From IMG/VR virus record IMGVR_UViG_2778261460_000004: a stretch of 47,736 bases of DNA. One strand, written 5' to 3'. Made by a program: the position numbers and the translations under genes. Positions 18,579 to 32,529 of this stretch are shown in pieces. The notes under the pieces are model-generated. The model was not told the origin of the DNA and ran no database searches. It worked only from the letters and a program-made list of their open reading frames with translations. The stretch is from a virus (lineage: Duplodnaviria > Heunggongvirae > Uroviricota > Caudoviricetes). How positions within the stretch are numbered: position 1 is the first letter of the stretch; each line of letters begins with the position of its first letter.

Positions 18579-19628
18579 ATGGCCAATACTGTAAAAATAT
18601 CCAGTTGTGAGTTAATCAACGCTGATTGCCTGGAATTTATCCAGACCTTACCGGAAAATTCTGTCGATCTGATAGTCACAGACCCGCCATACTTTAAAGT
18701 GAAGCCCGAGGGCTGGGATAACCAGTGGAAGGGCGATGATGATTACCTGAAATGGCTGGACCAGTGTCTGGCGCAGTTCTGGCGGGTACTGAAGCCTGCC
18801 GGAAGTCTTTACCTGTTCTGTGGTCATCGCCTGGCATCTGACACCGAAATCATGATGCGTGAACGCTTTAATGTGCTGAACCACATTATCTGGGCGAAGC
18901 CGTCCGGACGCTGGAACGGGTGCAATAAGGAAAGTCTGCGGGCGTATTTTCCGGCAACAGAGCGCATTCTGTTTGCAGAACATTATCAGGGACCGTATCG
19001 CCCGAAAGATGATGGCTATGTGGAGCAGGGGCGCGAGCTAAAACAGCACGTCATGGCCCCGCTGATTTCTTACTTTCGTGATGCGCGTAAATCACTGGGA
19101 ATAACGTCAAAACAGATAGCGGAAGCCACCGGAAAGAAAAACATGGCTTCGCACTGGTTTGGTACCAGTCAGTGGCAGTTACCGAACGAGGGTGATTACA
19201 ACAAATTGCAGGCGTTGTTTGCGCGTGTTGCGGCAGAAAAACATCAGCGCGGGGAACTGGAAAAGCCACACCACCAGCTGGTCAGCACATACAGTGAGCT
19301 GAACTGGCAGTATACGGAACTGCTGAGTGAATATAAAAATTTGCGGCGGTATTTCGGTGTGACGGCGCAGGTTCCGTACACCGATGTCTGGACGCATAAA
19401 CCGGTGCAGTACTATCCAGGGAAACATCCGTGCGAAAAACCGGCAGAAATGCTGCAGCAGATAATCAACGCGAGCAGTCGTCCGGGAGACCTGGTTGCAG
19501 ATTTTTTTATGGGTTCAGGTTCAACGGTAAAAGCGGCGATGGCACTGGGGCGTTGTGCGATTGGTGTTGAGCTGGAGACCGGACGTTTTGAACAGACAGT
19601 CAGGGAAGTTCAGGATTTAATCGTTTGA
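18579..19628 (+). CDS. DNA methyltransferase, beta-class (DPPY motif IV before FxGxG motif I), N6-adenine or N4-cytosine; orphan
   Basis: 349 aa; LIVTDPPYF near N-terminus and DFFMGSGST near C-terminus; no restriction endonuclease gene adjacent. Confidence 0.85.
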   Translation: MANTVKISSCELINADCLEFIQTLPENSVDLIVTDPPYFKVKPEGWDNQWKGDDDYLKWLDQCLAQFWRVLKPAGSLYLFCGHRLASDTEIMMRERFNVLNHIIWAKPSGRWNGCNKESLRAYFPATERILFAEHYQGPYRPKDDGYVEQGRELKQHVMAPLISYFRDARKSLGITSKQIAEATGKKNMASHWFGTSQWQLPNEGDYNKLQALFARVAAEKHQRGELEKPHHQLVSTYSELNWQYTELLSEYKNLRRYFGVTAQVPYTDVWTHKPVQYYPGKHPCEKPAEMLQQIINASSRPGDLVADFFMGSGSTVKAAMALGRCAIGVELETGRFEQTVREVQDLIV

Positions 19629-19677
19629 AACGGATGAGATTGCAGAATTAATTACGCACCATTATTATTCTGCTCCC

Positions 19678-19753
19678 GGCCCTTTAGCTCAGTGGTGAGA
19701 GCGAGCGACTCATAATCGCCAGGTCGCTGGTTCAAATCCAGCAAGGGCCACCA
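19678..19753 (+). tRNA. tRNA-Ile2-like (anticodon CAU; ileX/ileZ-like), could formally be Met
   Basis: 76 nt GGCCCTTTAGCTCAGTGG...CTCATAA anticodon loop...TTCAAATCC...AAGGGCCACCA; one mismatch in anticodon stem. Confidence 0.8.
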
Positions 19754-19754
19754 A

Positions 19755-19831
19755 TCGCCACTAGCTCATCAGGAAAGAGCGTCAACCCTTTAAGTTGAGT
19801 GTGCGAGGTTCGAGTCCCCGGTGGCGGTCCA
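19755..19831 (+). tRNA. tRNA-like gene, atypical (anticodon loop CCUUUAA, possibly Lys-UUU or a degenerate Arg tRNA)
   Basis: Acceptor stem TCGCCAC/GTGGCGG, T-loop TTCGAGT, 3' CCA present; C at position 33 and one T-stem mismatch make the assignment uncertain. Confidence 0.5.
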
Positions 19832-19833
19832 GT

Positions 19834-19909
<76 letters not shown>

Positions 19910-19912
19910 TAT

Positions 19913-19987
<75 letters not shown>

Positions 19988-20279
19988 GTTAGAGTCTTTC
20001 AGTCTGCGATGATGGGAAATCCCGGAGTGACTGAAAGACGTTTAGGTTATGAATGATCGCCTTTTTTTGCAAAATTGCTGTGCAGAAATACTAACCTTCG
20101 GGCAGGCGATCATTCATAAGCACTCTGCTTTTATTCCGATTAACTGTGGGTGGTTTGTTGGATAGAGTGCTTTCCTTACTGTATATATCGTTTCGCCCGC
20201 TTTTGCGGTTTTTTCTTTTTAAATCCCTTTCATTTCTCAGTGTAAAACTACGCCATCCGTTATTTGCGGAGGTGAGGCT

Positions 20280-20495
20280 ATGAAATCCATGGACAAAATT
20301 TCAACGGGCATTGCCTACGGCACCTCCGCAGGCAGTGCTGGCTACTGGTTTTTACAGTGGCTTGATCAAGTTAGTCCGTCACAGTGGGCTGCGATTGGTG
20401 TACTGGGGAGTCTGATTCTGGGCTTCCTGACTTATCTGACAAATCTGTACTTCAAAATCAGAGAAGACAAGCGTAAGGCTGCACGGGGAGAGTAA
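20280..20495 (+). CDS. Pinholin (S21/EssQ type) with dual start
   Basis: 71 aa [71 protein letters not shown] matches recalled phage 21 S pinholin. Confidence 0.9.
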   Translation: MKSMDKISTGIAYGTSAGSAGYWFLQWLDQVSPSQWAAIGVLGSLILGFLTYLTNLYFKIREDKRKAARGE

Positions 20496-20499
20496 TTCA

Positions 20500-20844
20500 A
20501 TGACTCAAAACTATGAAGTGATTGTGAAAGGGATCCGCAATTTTGAGAATAAAGTTACGGTAACTTTAGCGTTACGGGACAAAAAACGCTTTGACGGTGA
20601 AATTTTTGACCTGGACATCTCGCTGGACCGTGTTGAAGGTGCCGCGCTGGAGTTTTATGAGGCAGCAGCCAGAAGGAGCATCAGACAGGTCTTCCTGGAT
20701 GTTGCTGCCGGGTTATGTGAAGGGAGTGAGCAGTCGCCGGAAAAGCGCCCCGTAATTTTAGAGGCGCATAATGTGTGGATAACCTACAAAGGAAAGCTAC
20801 CGGGAAGAATTACTGGTTCTCTGAAGACTCCACCGAAATGGTAA
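20500..20844 (+). CDS. YdfR-like protein (DUF1327-like) inserted between holin and endolysin
   Basis: 114 aa starting 5 nt after holin stop; synteny essQ-ydfR-rrrQ as in Qin; function unknown. Confidence 0.55.
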   Translation: MTQNYEVIVKGIRNFENKVTVTLALRDKKRFDGEIFDLDISLDRVEGAALEFYEAAARRSIRQVFLDVAAGLCEGSEQSPEKRPVILEAHNVWITYKGKLPGRITGSLKTPPKW

Positions 20845-21082
20845 TTTTACCAGCATATTTTTCTTCCAGTAATGCCGCCAGCCACTTGAAAGAATTTTGT
20901 TGTTCCTGGGACCATTTGGGGTTGCGTGACTCAAGCAGAAGCGATGCCAGTGTTGGTTTCATTTGTTCTTTGGGAATTGAGAAAGCCAGATATGAAAATG
21001 CAACAGTGAGGGCATTTACATCATCCCGAAGCCTGGAAATGCAGTCGAGCAACTCCTGTAGAGAAATGGTGTTATTGTCCAT
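20810..21082 (-). CDS. Hypothetical 90-aa protein, antisense-oriented inside lysis cassette
   Basis: ATG preceded by AAGAGGA at 6-nt spacing on minus strand; divergent from endolysin across a 105-bp region; overlaps ydfR-like 3' end by 35 nt. Confidence 0.4.
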   Translation of the reverse strand: MDNNTISLQELLDCISRLRDDVNALTVAFSYLAFSIPKEQMKPTLASLLLESRNPKWSQEQQNSFKWLAALLEEKYAGKITISVESSENQ

Positions 21083-21187
21083 AAATAATCCTCTTGATTG
21101 TCTTTACCTTTTCCCCGCCTGATTCAACAGGCCGGGACAGATAAACATATCCAGGGTTCAGAAACCGATAAATCCTGATAAATATCC

Positions 21188-21721
21188 ATGAACGCAAAAA
21201 TCAAATACGGCCTGTCAGCGGTCGTTCTGGCGCTGATTGGAGCAGGCGCATCTGCTCCTCAAATACTTGACCAGTTTCTGGATGAAAAAGAGGGTAACCA
21301 CACTACGGCATACCGCGATGGTTCCGGTATATGGACCATCTGTCGTGGTGCCACAATGGTGGATGATAAGCCCGTCATACCGGGAATGAAGCTGTCGAAG
21401 GAAAAATGCGACCAGGTTAACGCTATTGAACGTGATAAGGCGCTGGCATGGGTGGAGCGCAATATTAAAGTACCTCTGACCGAACCACAGAAAGCGGGTA
21501 TAGCGTCATTTTGTCCCTATAACATTGGCCCCGGTAAGTGTTTCCCGTCGACGTTTTATAAGCGGCTGAATGCCGGTGATCGTAAAGGTGCCTGCGAGGC
21601 GATTCGCTGGTGGATTAAGGACAGGGGGCGCGATTGCCGCATTCGTTTAAATAACTGTTATGGTCAGGTTATTCGTCGTGACCAGGAAAGCGCATTAGCC
21701 TGTTGGGGGATAGAGCAGTGA
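21188..21721 (+). CDS. SAR endolysin (T4-lysozyme-type, RrrQ-like)
   Basis: 177 aa; hydrophobic Gly/Ala-rich N-terminal SAR segment ([15 protein letters not shown]); lysozyme catalytic region [20 protein letters not shown]. Confidence 0.9.
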   Translation: MNAKIKYGLSAVVLALIGAGASAPQILDQFLDEKEGNHTTAYRDGSGIWTICRGATMVDDKPVIPGMKLSKEKCDQVNAIERDKALAWVERNIKVPLTEPQKAGIASFCPYNIGPGKCFPSTFYKRLNAGDRKGACEAIRWWIKDRGRDCRIRLNNCYGQVIRRDQESALACWGIEQ

Positions 21722-22185
21722 GCAGAGTTGCCGCGATTATTTATGCTCTGGTTATCTGCATCATCGTCTGCCTGTCGTGGGCGGTCAATCATTACCGTGA
21801 TAACGCCATCGCCTATAAAGAACAGCGTGATAAAAAAGTCAGTGAGCTGAAGCAGGCGACCGCCACCATTACTGACATGCAGCAGCGCCAGCGTGCTGCT
21901 GATGCACTTGATGCTAAATACACGAAGGAGTTAGCTGATGCGAAAGCTGAAAATGATGCTCTTCGGCGCAAGCTTGATAATGGTGGTCGGGTGTTCGTCA
22001 AAGGGAAATGCCCTGTGCCATCCTCAGCCGAAACCTCCAGCGCCTCCGGCATGGGCAATGATGCCACCGTCGAACTCTCTCCAGTTGCTGGACGAAACGT
22101 TCTCGGTATCCGGGACGGAATCATCAGCGATCAAACAGCACTGAGAACGCTTCAGGAATACATCAGGACGCAATGCCTTCGATGA
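21718..22185 (+). CDS. Spanin inner-membrane subunit Rz
   Basis: GTG start overlapping endolysin stop; N-terminal TM ([27 protein letters not shown]), coiled-coil body; track ORF begins earlier at an alternative start. Confidence 0.8.
   Translation: MSRVAAIIYALVICIIVCLSWAVNHYRDNAIAYKEQRDKKVSELKQATATITDMQQRQRAADALDAKYTKELADAKAENDALRRKLDNGGRVFVKGKCPVPSSAETSSASGMGNDATVELSPVAGRNVLGIRDGIISDQTALRTLQEYIRTQCLR
21938..22144 (+). CDS. Spanin outer-membrane lipoprotein Rz1, embedded in +1 frame of Rz
   Basis: 68 aa with lipobox (LIMVVGCSS) and Pro-rich segment [16 protein letters not shown]. Confidence 0.7.
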   Translation: MRKLKMMLFGASLIMVVGCSSKGNALCHPQPKPPAPPAWAMMPPSNSLQLLDETFSVSGTESSAIKQH

Positions 22186-22359
22186 TAGCGATAATTTTAC
22201 TTATCATTCTTCACATCTGGCTCTGTAGACAGGGTGGTGAACACTTCTGGAGTGAATCCAGATTAAACATCTCATTGCTGATGCTTGATATTGAGCATAT
22301 TGCGCGCGGTAAGGGGCTGCGTTGAGATAAGAGCCAGTCATTACAAATACCAGGATTTA

Positions 22360-22385
22360 GCCTCGCATTCGCGGGGCTTTTTATT
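22360..22385 (+). terminator. Rho-independent terminator-like hairpin after lysis genes
   Basis: GCCTCGC-ATTC-GCGGGGC followed by TTTTTATT; a second hairpin AAAGCCACT...AGTGGCTTT lies at about 22402-22428. Confidence 0.45.
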
Positions 22386-22676
22386 GCCATTACAAAAGCC
22401 ACTTCCTACAGAGTGGCTTTGATAATGGTTTATACCCTACACGGGATAACTTAACTGATATCCCTTTTAAAGGATAAAGGTATTCAAGCCTGACACATCA
22501 TGCGCTGTATCGTCGCCGTATTCCCGTATTAACAGAGACCGTAGCCCGACGGGGAACTCCTTCTGCGCGAGTGTGCGGGAATAATCAAAAACGATGCACA
22601 CCGGGGTTACCGGGTACACATATTTCATCATGCCAGCGAGTCCGGTTCTGGCGCGGAAGAAACCGGATGTTATTAT

Positions 22677-23102
22677 TTAGTGCGGAAATATTTGTGTAGT
22701 GTTCTGAATGTTCTCAGTAAAGAGTAATGAATTATCAAAGGTATAGTAATACCTTTTGTTTTCGTGGATATTTGTAATCCATCTGAAAACCCCTGCTGTA
22801 GCAAGATTTTTCCTGTATTCGTAAAATGATAACTCTCCTGATTTGAATCCTTTTAATGTGGCTTCTATAAGGCATTTATTTTTTGAAAATCTTACATTTA
22901 CAACCTTACCCTGTCCTTTTATTAAAACCGTATTATCGTTTTCAAGAACAAGATGAATATTCTCTGTGGCTAAATAGTAAATGTAATGTGAGACATTGTG
23001 ACGTTTTAGTTCAGAATAAAACCAGTGATAGTTTAAATTATTTCGCACTTTATCAAATATTTGTTTAAAAATGACTACCTGATCCATAGATAAACCTTCC
23101 AT
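22677..23102 (-). CDS. Hypothetical AT-rich 141-aa protein between Rz and cos (moron position)
   Basis: Strongly AT-rich codon usage unlike flanking phage genes; Tyr/Asn/Lys-rich; no signal peptide or lipobox, so not Bor. Confidence 0.45.
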   Translation of the reverse strand: MEGLSMDQVVIFKQIFDKVRNNLNYHWFYSELKRHNVSHYIYYLATENIHLVLENDNTVLIKGQGKVVNVRFSKNKCLIEATLKGFKSGELSFYEYRKNLATAGVFRWITNIHENKRYYYTFDNSLLFTENIQNTTQIFPH

Positions 23103-23144
23103 ATGATATGAGAGCGCGTAGTTTGCAAGATCGTTTTTATCGTT

Positions 23145-23378
23145 TCAATCTGGTCTGACCTGTTTTCTGAGCAATTCAGTAATGTCACTCTTTTCTTTGT
23201 TTGCTTCAGGCGAAACTCTTTTTTCTGAGCACAGTCTCCGGCGGCAGGCTTCAATGACCCAGGCTGAGAAATTCCCGGACCCTTTTTGAACAAGAGCGAT
23301 GTTAATTTGTTCAATCATTTGGTTAGGAAAGCGGATGTTGCGGGTTGTTGTTCTGCGGGTTCTGTTCTTCGTTGACAT
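23145..23378 (-). CDS. YlcI-like ribbon-helix-helix protein (DUF3950-like)
   Basis: 77 aa MSTKNRTRRTTTRNIRFPNQMIEQINIALVQKGSGNFSAWVIEACRRRL... matches recalled DLP12 YlcI. Confidence 0.6.
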   Translation of the reverse strand: MSTKNRTRRTTTRNIRFPNQMIEQINIALVQKGSGNFSAWVIEACRRRLCSEKRVSPEANKEKSDITELLRKQVRPD

Positions 23379-23577
23379 GAGGTTGCCCTGTATTCAGTGT
23401 CGCTGATTTGTATTGTCTGAAGTTGTTTTTACGTTAAGTTGATGCAGATCAATTAATACGATACCTGCGTCATAATTGATTATTTGACGTGGTTTGATGG
23501 CCTCCACGCACGTTGTGATATGTAGATGATAATCATTATCACTTTACGGGTCCTTTCCGGTGATCCGACAGGTTACG

Positions 23578-23760
23578 GGGCGGCGACCTCGCGGGTTTTC
23601 GCTATTTATGAAAAATTTCCGGTTTAAGGCGTTTCCGTTCTTCTTCGTCATAACTTAATGTTTTTATTTAAAATACCCTCTGAAAAGAAAGGAAACGACA
23701 GGTGCTGAAAGCGAGCTTTTTGGCCTCTGTCGTTTCCTTTCTCTGTTTTTGTCCGTGGAA
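23578..23760 (+). other. Lambda-type cos site (cosN 12-nt cohesive end at 23578-23589, followed by cosB)
   Basis: GGGCGGCGACCTCGCGGGTTTTCGCTATTTATGAAAA... matches the recalled lambda left end; sequence just upstream (...CCGACAGGTTACG) matches the lambda right end. Confidence 0.85.
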
Positions 23761-23766
23761 TGAACA

Positions 23767-24286
23767 ATGGAAGTCAACAAAAAGCAGCTGGCTGACATTT
23801 TCGGTGCGAGTATCCGTACCATTCAGAACTGGCAGGAACAGGGAATGCCCGTTCTGCGAGGCGGTGGCAAGGGTAATGAGGTGCTTTATGATTCTGCCGC
23901 CGTTATAAAATGGTATGCCGAAAGGGATGCTGAAATTGAGAACGAAAAGCTGCGCCGGGAGGTTGAAGAACTGCGGCAGGCCAGCGAGGCAGATCTCCAG
24001 CCAGGGACTATTGAGTACGAACGCCATCGACTTACGCGTGCGCAGGCCGACGCACAGGAACTGAAGAATGCCAGAGACTCCGCTGAAGTGGTGGAAACCG
24101 CATTCTGTACTTTCGTGCTGTCGCGGATCGCAGGTGAAATTGCCAGTATTCTCGACGGGATCCCCCTGTCGGTGCAGCGGCGTTTTCCGGAACTGGAAAA
24201 CCGACATGTTGATTTCCTGAAACGGGATATCATCAAAGCCATGAACAAAGCAGCCGCGCTGGATGAACTGATACCGGGGTTGCTGA

Positions 24287-24312
<26 letters not shown>
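23767..24312 (+). CDS. nu1: Terminase small subunit Nu1
   Basis: 181 aa, MEVNKKQLADIFGASIRTIQNWQEQGMPV... near-identical to lambda Nu1. Confidence 0.95.
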
Positions 24313-27993
<3,681 letters not shown>

Positions 27994-28013
<20 letters not shown>

Positions 28014-29313
28014 TCTCCCGCATATTGCCAGCATGGCCTTTAATGAGCCGCTGATGCTTGAACCCGCCTATGCGCGGGTTTTCTTTTGTGCGCTTGCAGG
28101 CCAGCTTGGGATCAGCCGCCTGACAGATGCGGTGTCCGGTGACAGCCTGACTGCCCCGGAGGCACCCGCGACGCTGGCGTTATCCGGTGATGATGACGGA
28201 CCACGACAGGCCCGCAGTTATCAGGTCATGAACGGCATCGCCGTGCTGCCGGTTTCCGGCACGCTGGTCAGCCGGACGCGGGCGCTGCAGCCGTACTCGG
28301 GGATGACCGGTTACAACGGCATTATCGCCCGTCTGCAACAGGCTGCCAGCGACCCGATGGTGGACGGCATTCTGCTCGATATGGATACGCCCGGCGGGAT
28401 GGTGGCGGGGGCATTTGACTGCGCTGACATCATCGCCCGTGTGCGTGACATAAAACCGGTATGGGCGCTTGCCAACGACATGAACTGCAGTGCAGGTCAG
28501 TTGCTTGCCAGTGCCGCTTCCCGGCGCCTGGTCACGCAGACCGCCCGGACAGGCTCCATCGGCGTCATGATGGCTCACAGCAATTACGGCGCTGCGCTGG
28601 AGAAACAGGGCGTGGAAATCACGCTGATTTACAGCGGCAGCCATAAGGTGGATGGCAACCCCTACAGCCATCTTCCGAATGGCGTCCGGGAAACACTGCA
28701 GTCCCGGATGGATGCAACCCGCCAGATGTTTGCGCAGAAAGTGTCGGCATATACCGGCCTGTCCGTGCAGGCTGTGCTGGATACCGAGGCTGCAGTGTAC
28801 AGCGGTCAGGAGGCCATTGATGCCGGACTGGCTGATGAACTTGTTAACAGTACCGATGCGATCACCGTCATGCGTGATGCACTGGATACACGTAAATCCC
28901 GTCTCTCAGGAGGGCGAATGACCAAAGAGACTCAATCAACAACTGTTTCAGCCACTGCTTCGCAGGCTGACGTTACTGACGTGGTGCCAGCGACGGAGGG
29001 CGAAAACACCAGCGCGGCGCAGCCGGACGTGAACGTGCAGATCACCGCTGCGGTTGCGGTAGAAAACAGCCGCATTATGGGGATCCTCAACTGTGAGGAG
29101 GCTCACGGACGCGAAGAACAGGCACGCGTGCTGGCCGAAACCCCCGGTATGACCGTGGAAACGGCCCGCCGCATTCTGGCCGCAGCACCACAGAGTGCAC
29201 AGGCGCGCAGTGATACTGCGCTGGATCGTCTGATGCAGGGGGCACCGGCACCGCTGGCTGCAGGTAACCCGGCATCTGATGCCGTTAACGATTTGCTGAA
29301 CACACCAGTGTAA
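27994..29313 (+). CDS. C: Head maturation protease C (with nested scaffold Nu3 in-frame at C-terminal part)
   Basis: GTG start at 27994 (VTAELRNLPHIASMAFNEPLM...), in frame with longer track ORF from 27859; matches lambda gpC. Confidence 0.9.
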
Positions 29314-29322
29314 GGGATGTTT

Positions 29323-29655
29323 ATGACGAGCAAAGAAACCTTTACCCATTACCAGCCGCTGGGCAACAGTGACCCGGCTCATACCGCAACCGCGCCCGGC
29401 GGATTGAGTGCGAAAACGCCTGCAATGACCCCGCTGATGCCGGACACCTCCACCCGTAAGCTGGTTGCGTGGGATGGCACCACCGACGGTGCTGCCGTTG
29501 GCATTCTTGCGGTTGCTGCTGATCAGACCAGCACCACGCTGACGTTCTACAAGTCCGGCACGTTCCGTTATGAGGATGTGCTCTGGCCGGAGGCTGCCAG
29601 CGACGAGACGAAAAAACGGACCGCGTTTGCCGGAACGGCAATCAGCATCGTTTAA
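29323..29655 (+). CDS. D: Capsid decoration protein D
   Basis: 110 aa [12 protein letters not shown]...; matches lambda gpD. Confidence 0.9.
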   Translation: MTSKETFTHYQPLGNSDPAHTATAPGGLSAKTPAMTPLMPDTSTRKLVAWDGTTDGAAVGILAVAADQTSTTLTFYKSGTFRYEDVLWPEAASDETKKRTAFAGTAISIV

Positions 29656-29709
29656 CCTGACCCTTCATCACTAAAGGCCGCCTGTGCGGCTTTTTTACGG
29701 GATTTTTTT

Positions 29710-30735
29710 ATGTCGATGTACACAACCGCCCAGCTGCTGGCGGCAAATGAGAAGAAATTTAAGTTTGATCCGCTGTTTCTGCGTCTCTTTTTCCGTGAGA
29801 GCTATCCCTTCACCACGGAGAAAGTCTATCTCTCACAAATTCCGGGACTGGTAAACATGGCGCTGTACGTTTCGCCGATTGTTTCCGGTGAGGTTATCCG
29901 TTCCCGTGGCGGCTCCACCTCTGAATTTACGCCGGGATATGTCAAGCCGAAGCATGAAGTGAATCCGCAGATGACCCTGCGTCGCCTGCCGGATGAAGAT
30001 CCGCAGAATCTGGCGGACCCGGCTTACCGCCGCCGTCGCATCATCATGCAGAACATGCGTGACGAAGAGCTGGCCATTGCTCAGGTCGAAGAGATGCAGG
30101 CAGTTTCTGCCGTGCTTAAGGGCAAATACACCATGACCGGTGAAGCCTTCGATCCGGTTGAGGTGGATATGGGCCGCAGTGAGGAGAATAACATCACGCA
30201 GTCCGGCGGCACGGAGTGGAGCAAGCGTGACAAGTCCACGTATGACCCGACCGACGATATCGAAGCCTACGCGCTGAACGCCAGCGGTGTGGTGAATATC
30301 ATCGTGTTCGATCCGAAAGGCTGGGCGCTGTTCCGTTCCTTCAAAGCCGTCAGGGAGAAGCTGGATACCCGTCGTGGCTCTAATTCCGAGCTGGAGACAG
30401 CGGTGAAAGACCTGGGTAAAGCGGTGTCCTATAAGGGGATGTATGGCGATGTGGCCATCGTCGTGTATTCCGGACAGTACGTGGAAAACGGCGTCAAAAA
30501 GAACTTCCTGCCGGACAACACGATGGTGCTGGGGAACACTCAGGCACGCGGTCTGCGCACCTATGGCTGCATTCAGGATGCGGACGCACAGCGCGAAGGC
30601 ATTAACGCCTCTGCCCGTTACCCGAAAAACTGGGTGACCACCGGCGATCCGGCGCGTGAGTTCACCATGATTCAGTCAGCACCGCTGATGCTGCTGGCTG
30701 ACCCTGATGAGTTCGTGTCCGTACAACTGGCGTAA
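29710..30735 (+). CDS. E: Major capsid protein E
   Basis: 341 aa, matches lambda gpE. Confidence 0.95.
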   Translation: MSMYTTAQLLAANEKKFKFDPLFLRLFFRESYPFTTEKVYLSQIPGLVNMALYVSPIVSGEVIRSRGGSTSEFTPGYVKPKHEVNPQMTLRRLPDEDPQNLADPAYRRRRIIMQNMRDEELAIAQVEEMQAVSAVLKGKYTMTGEAFDPVEVDMGRSEENNITQSGGTEWSKRDKSTYDPTDDIEAYALNASGVVNIIVFDPKGWALFRSFKAVREKLDTRRGSNSELETAVKDLGKAVSYKGMYGDVAIVVYSGQYVENGVKKNFLPDNTMVLGNTQARGLRTYGCIQDADAQREGINASARYPKNWVTTGDPAREFTMIQSAPLMLLADPDEFVSVQLA

Positions 30736-30776
30736 TCGTGGCCCTTCGGGGCCATTTTCTCTCTGTGGAGGAGTTC

Positions 30777-31175
30777 ATGACGAAAGATGAGCTGATTGCC
30801 CGTCTTCAGGAGCTGGGTGAGCAACTGAACCGCGATGTCAGTTTGACGGGAACGAAAGAAGAACTGGCGCTCCGTGTGGCAGAGCTGGAAGAGGAGCTTG
30901 ATGACACGGATGAAACTGCCGGTCAGGACACCCCTCTCAGCCGGGAAAATGTGCTGACCGGACATGAAAATGAGGTGGGATCAGCGCAGCCGGATACCGT
31001 GATTCTGGATACGTCTGAACTGGTCACGGTCGTGGCACTGGTGAAGCTGCATACTGATGCACTTCACGCCACGCGGGATGAACCTGTGGCATTTGTGCTG
31101 CCGGGAACGGCGTTTCGTGTCTCTGCCGGTGTGGCAGCCGAAATGACAGAGCGCGGCCTGGCCAGAATGCAATAA
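30777..31175 (+). CDS. FI: DNA packaging protein FI
   Basis: 132 aa from internal ATG (MTKDELIARLQ...), matches lambda gpFI. Confidence 0.9.
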   Translation: MTKDELIARLQELGEQLNRDVSLTGTKEELALRVAELEEELDDTDETAGQDTPLSRENVLTGHENEVGSAQPDTVILDTSELVTVVALVKLHTDALHATRDEPVAFVLPGTAFRVSAGVAAEMTERGLARMQ

Positions 31176-31186
31176 CGGGAGGCGCT

Positions 31187-31540
31187 GTGGCTGATTTCGA
31201 TAACCTGTTCGATGTTGCCATTGCCCGCGCCGATGAAACGATACGCGGGTACATGGGAACGTCAGCCACCATTACATCCGGTGAGCAGTCCGGCGCAGTA
31301 ATACGTGGTGTTTTTGATGACCCTGAAAATATCAGCTATGCCGGACAGGGCGTGCGCGTTGAAGGCTCCAGCCCGTCCCTGTTTGTCCGGACTGATGAGG
31401 TGCGGCAGCTGCGGCGTGGAGACACGCTGACCATCGGTGAGGAAAATTTCTGGGTAGATCGGGTTTCGCCGGATGATGGCGGAAGTTGTCATCTCTGGCT
31501 TGGGCGTGGCGTGCCGCCTGCCGTTAACCGTCGCCGCTGA
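31187..31540 (+). CDS. FII: Head-tail connector FII
   Basis: 117 aa, matches lambda gpFII. Confidence 0.9.
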   Translation: MADFDNLFDVAIARADETIRGYMGTSATITSGEQSGAVIRGVFDDPENISYAGQGVRVEGSSPSLFVRTDEVRQLRRGDTLTIGEENFWVDRVSPDDGGSCHLWLGRGVPPAVNRRR

Positions 31541-31551
31541 AAGGGGGATGT

Positions 31552-32130
31552 ATGGCCATAAAAGGTCTTGAGCAGGCCGTTGAAAACCTCAGCCGTATCA
31601 GCAAAACGGCGGTGCCTGGTGCCGCCGCAATGGCCATTAACCGCGTTGCGTCATCCGCGATATCGCAGTCTGCGTCACAGGTTGCCCGTGAGACAAAGGT
31701 ACGCCGGAAACTGGTAAAGGAAAGGGCCAGGCTGAAAAGGGCCACGGTCAAAAATCCGCAGGCCAGAATCAGGGTTAACCGGGGGGATTTGCCCGTAATC
31801 AAGCTGGGTAATGCGCGGGTTGTCCTGTCCCGCCGCAGGCGTCGTAAAAAGGGGCAGCGTTCATCCCTGAAAGGTGGCGGCAGCGTGCTTGTGGTGGGAA
31901 ACCGTCGTATTCCCGGCGCGTTTATTCAGCAACTGAAAAATGGCCGGTGGCATGTCATGCAGCGTGTGGCCGGGAAAAACCGTTACCCCATTGATGTGGT
32001 GAAAATCCCGATGGCGGTGCCGCTGACCACGGCGTTTAAACAGAATATTGAGCGGATACGGCGTGAGCGTCTTCCGAAAGAGCTGGGCTATGCGCTGCAG
32101 CATCAACTGAGAATGGTAATAAAGCGATGA
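31552..32130 (+). CDS. Z: Tail completion protein Z
   Basis: 192 aa, matches lambda gpZ. Confidence 0.9.
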   Translation: MAIKGLEQAVENLSRISKTAVPGAAAMAINRVASSAISQSASQVARETKVRRKLVKERARLKRATVKNPQARIRVNRGDLPVIKLGNARVVLSRRRRRKKGQRSSLKGGGSVLVVGNRRIPGAFIQQLKNGRWHVMQRVAGKNRYPIDVVKIPMAVPLTTAFKQNIERIRRERLPKELGYALQHQLRMVIKR

Positions 32131-32522
32131 AACATACTGAACTCCGTGCAGCCGTACTGGATGCACTGGAGAAGCATGACACCGGGGCGACGTTTTTTGA
32201 TGGTCGCCCCGCTGTTTTTGATGAGGCGGATTTTCCGGCAGTTGCCGTTTATCTCACCGGCGCTGAATACACGGGCGAAGAGCTGGACAGCGATACCTGG
32301 CAGGCGGAGCTGCATATCGAAGTTTTCCTGCCTGCTCAGGTGCCGGATTCAGAGCTGGATGCGTGGATGGAGTCCCGGATTTATCCGGTGATGAGCGATA
32401 TCCCGGCACTGTCAGATTTGATCACCAGTATGGTGGCCAGCGGCTATGACTACCGGCGCGACGATGATGCGGGCCTGTGGAGTTCAGCCGATCTGACTTA
32501 TGTCATTACCTATGAAATGTGA
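32127..32522 (+). CDS. U: Tail terminator protein U
   Basis: 131 aa, matches lambda gpU. Confidence 0.9.
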   Translation: MKHTELRAAVLDALEKHDTGATFFDGRPAVFDEADFPAVAVYLTGAEYTGEELDSDTWQAELHIEVFLPAQVPDSELDAWMESRIYPVMSDIPALSDLITSMVASGYDYRRDDDAGLWSSADLTYVITYEM

Positions 32523-32529
32523 GGACGCT

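Noticed and set aside
19988-20279. Possible Shiga toxin or other toxin cargo between the tRNA array and the holin
   Set aside because: No ORF of appreciable size is present; the region has only inverted repeats and a terminator-like hairpin, so no stxAB-like genes are in this window.
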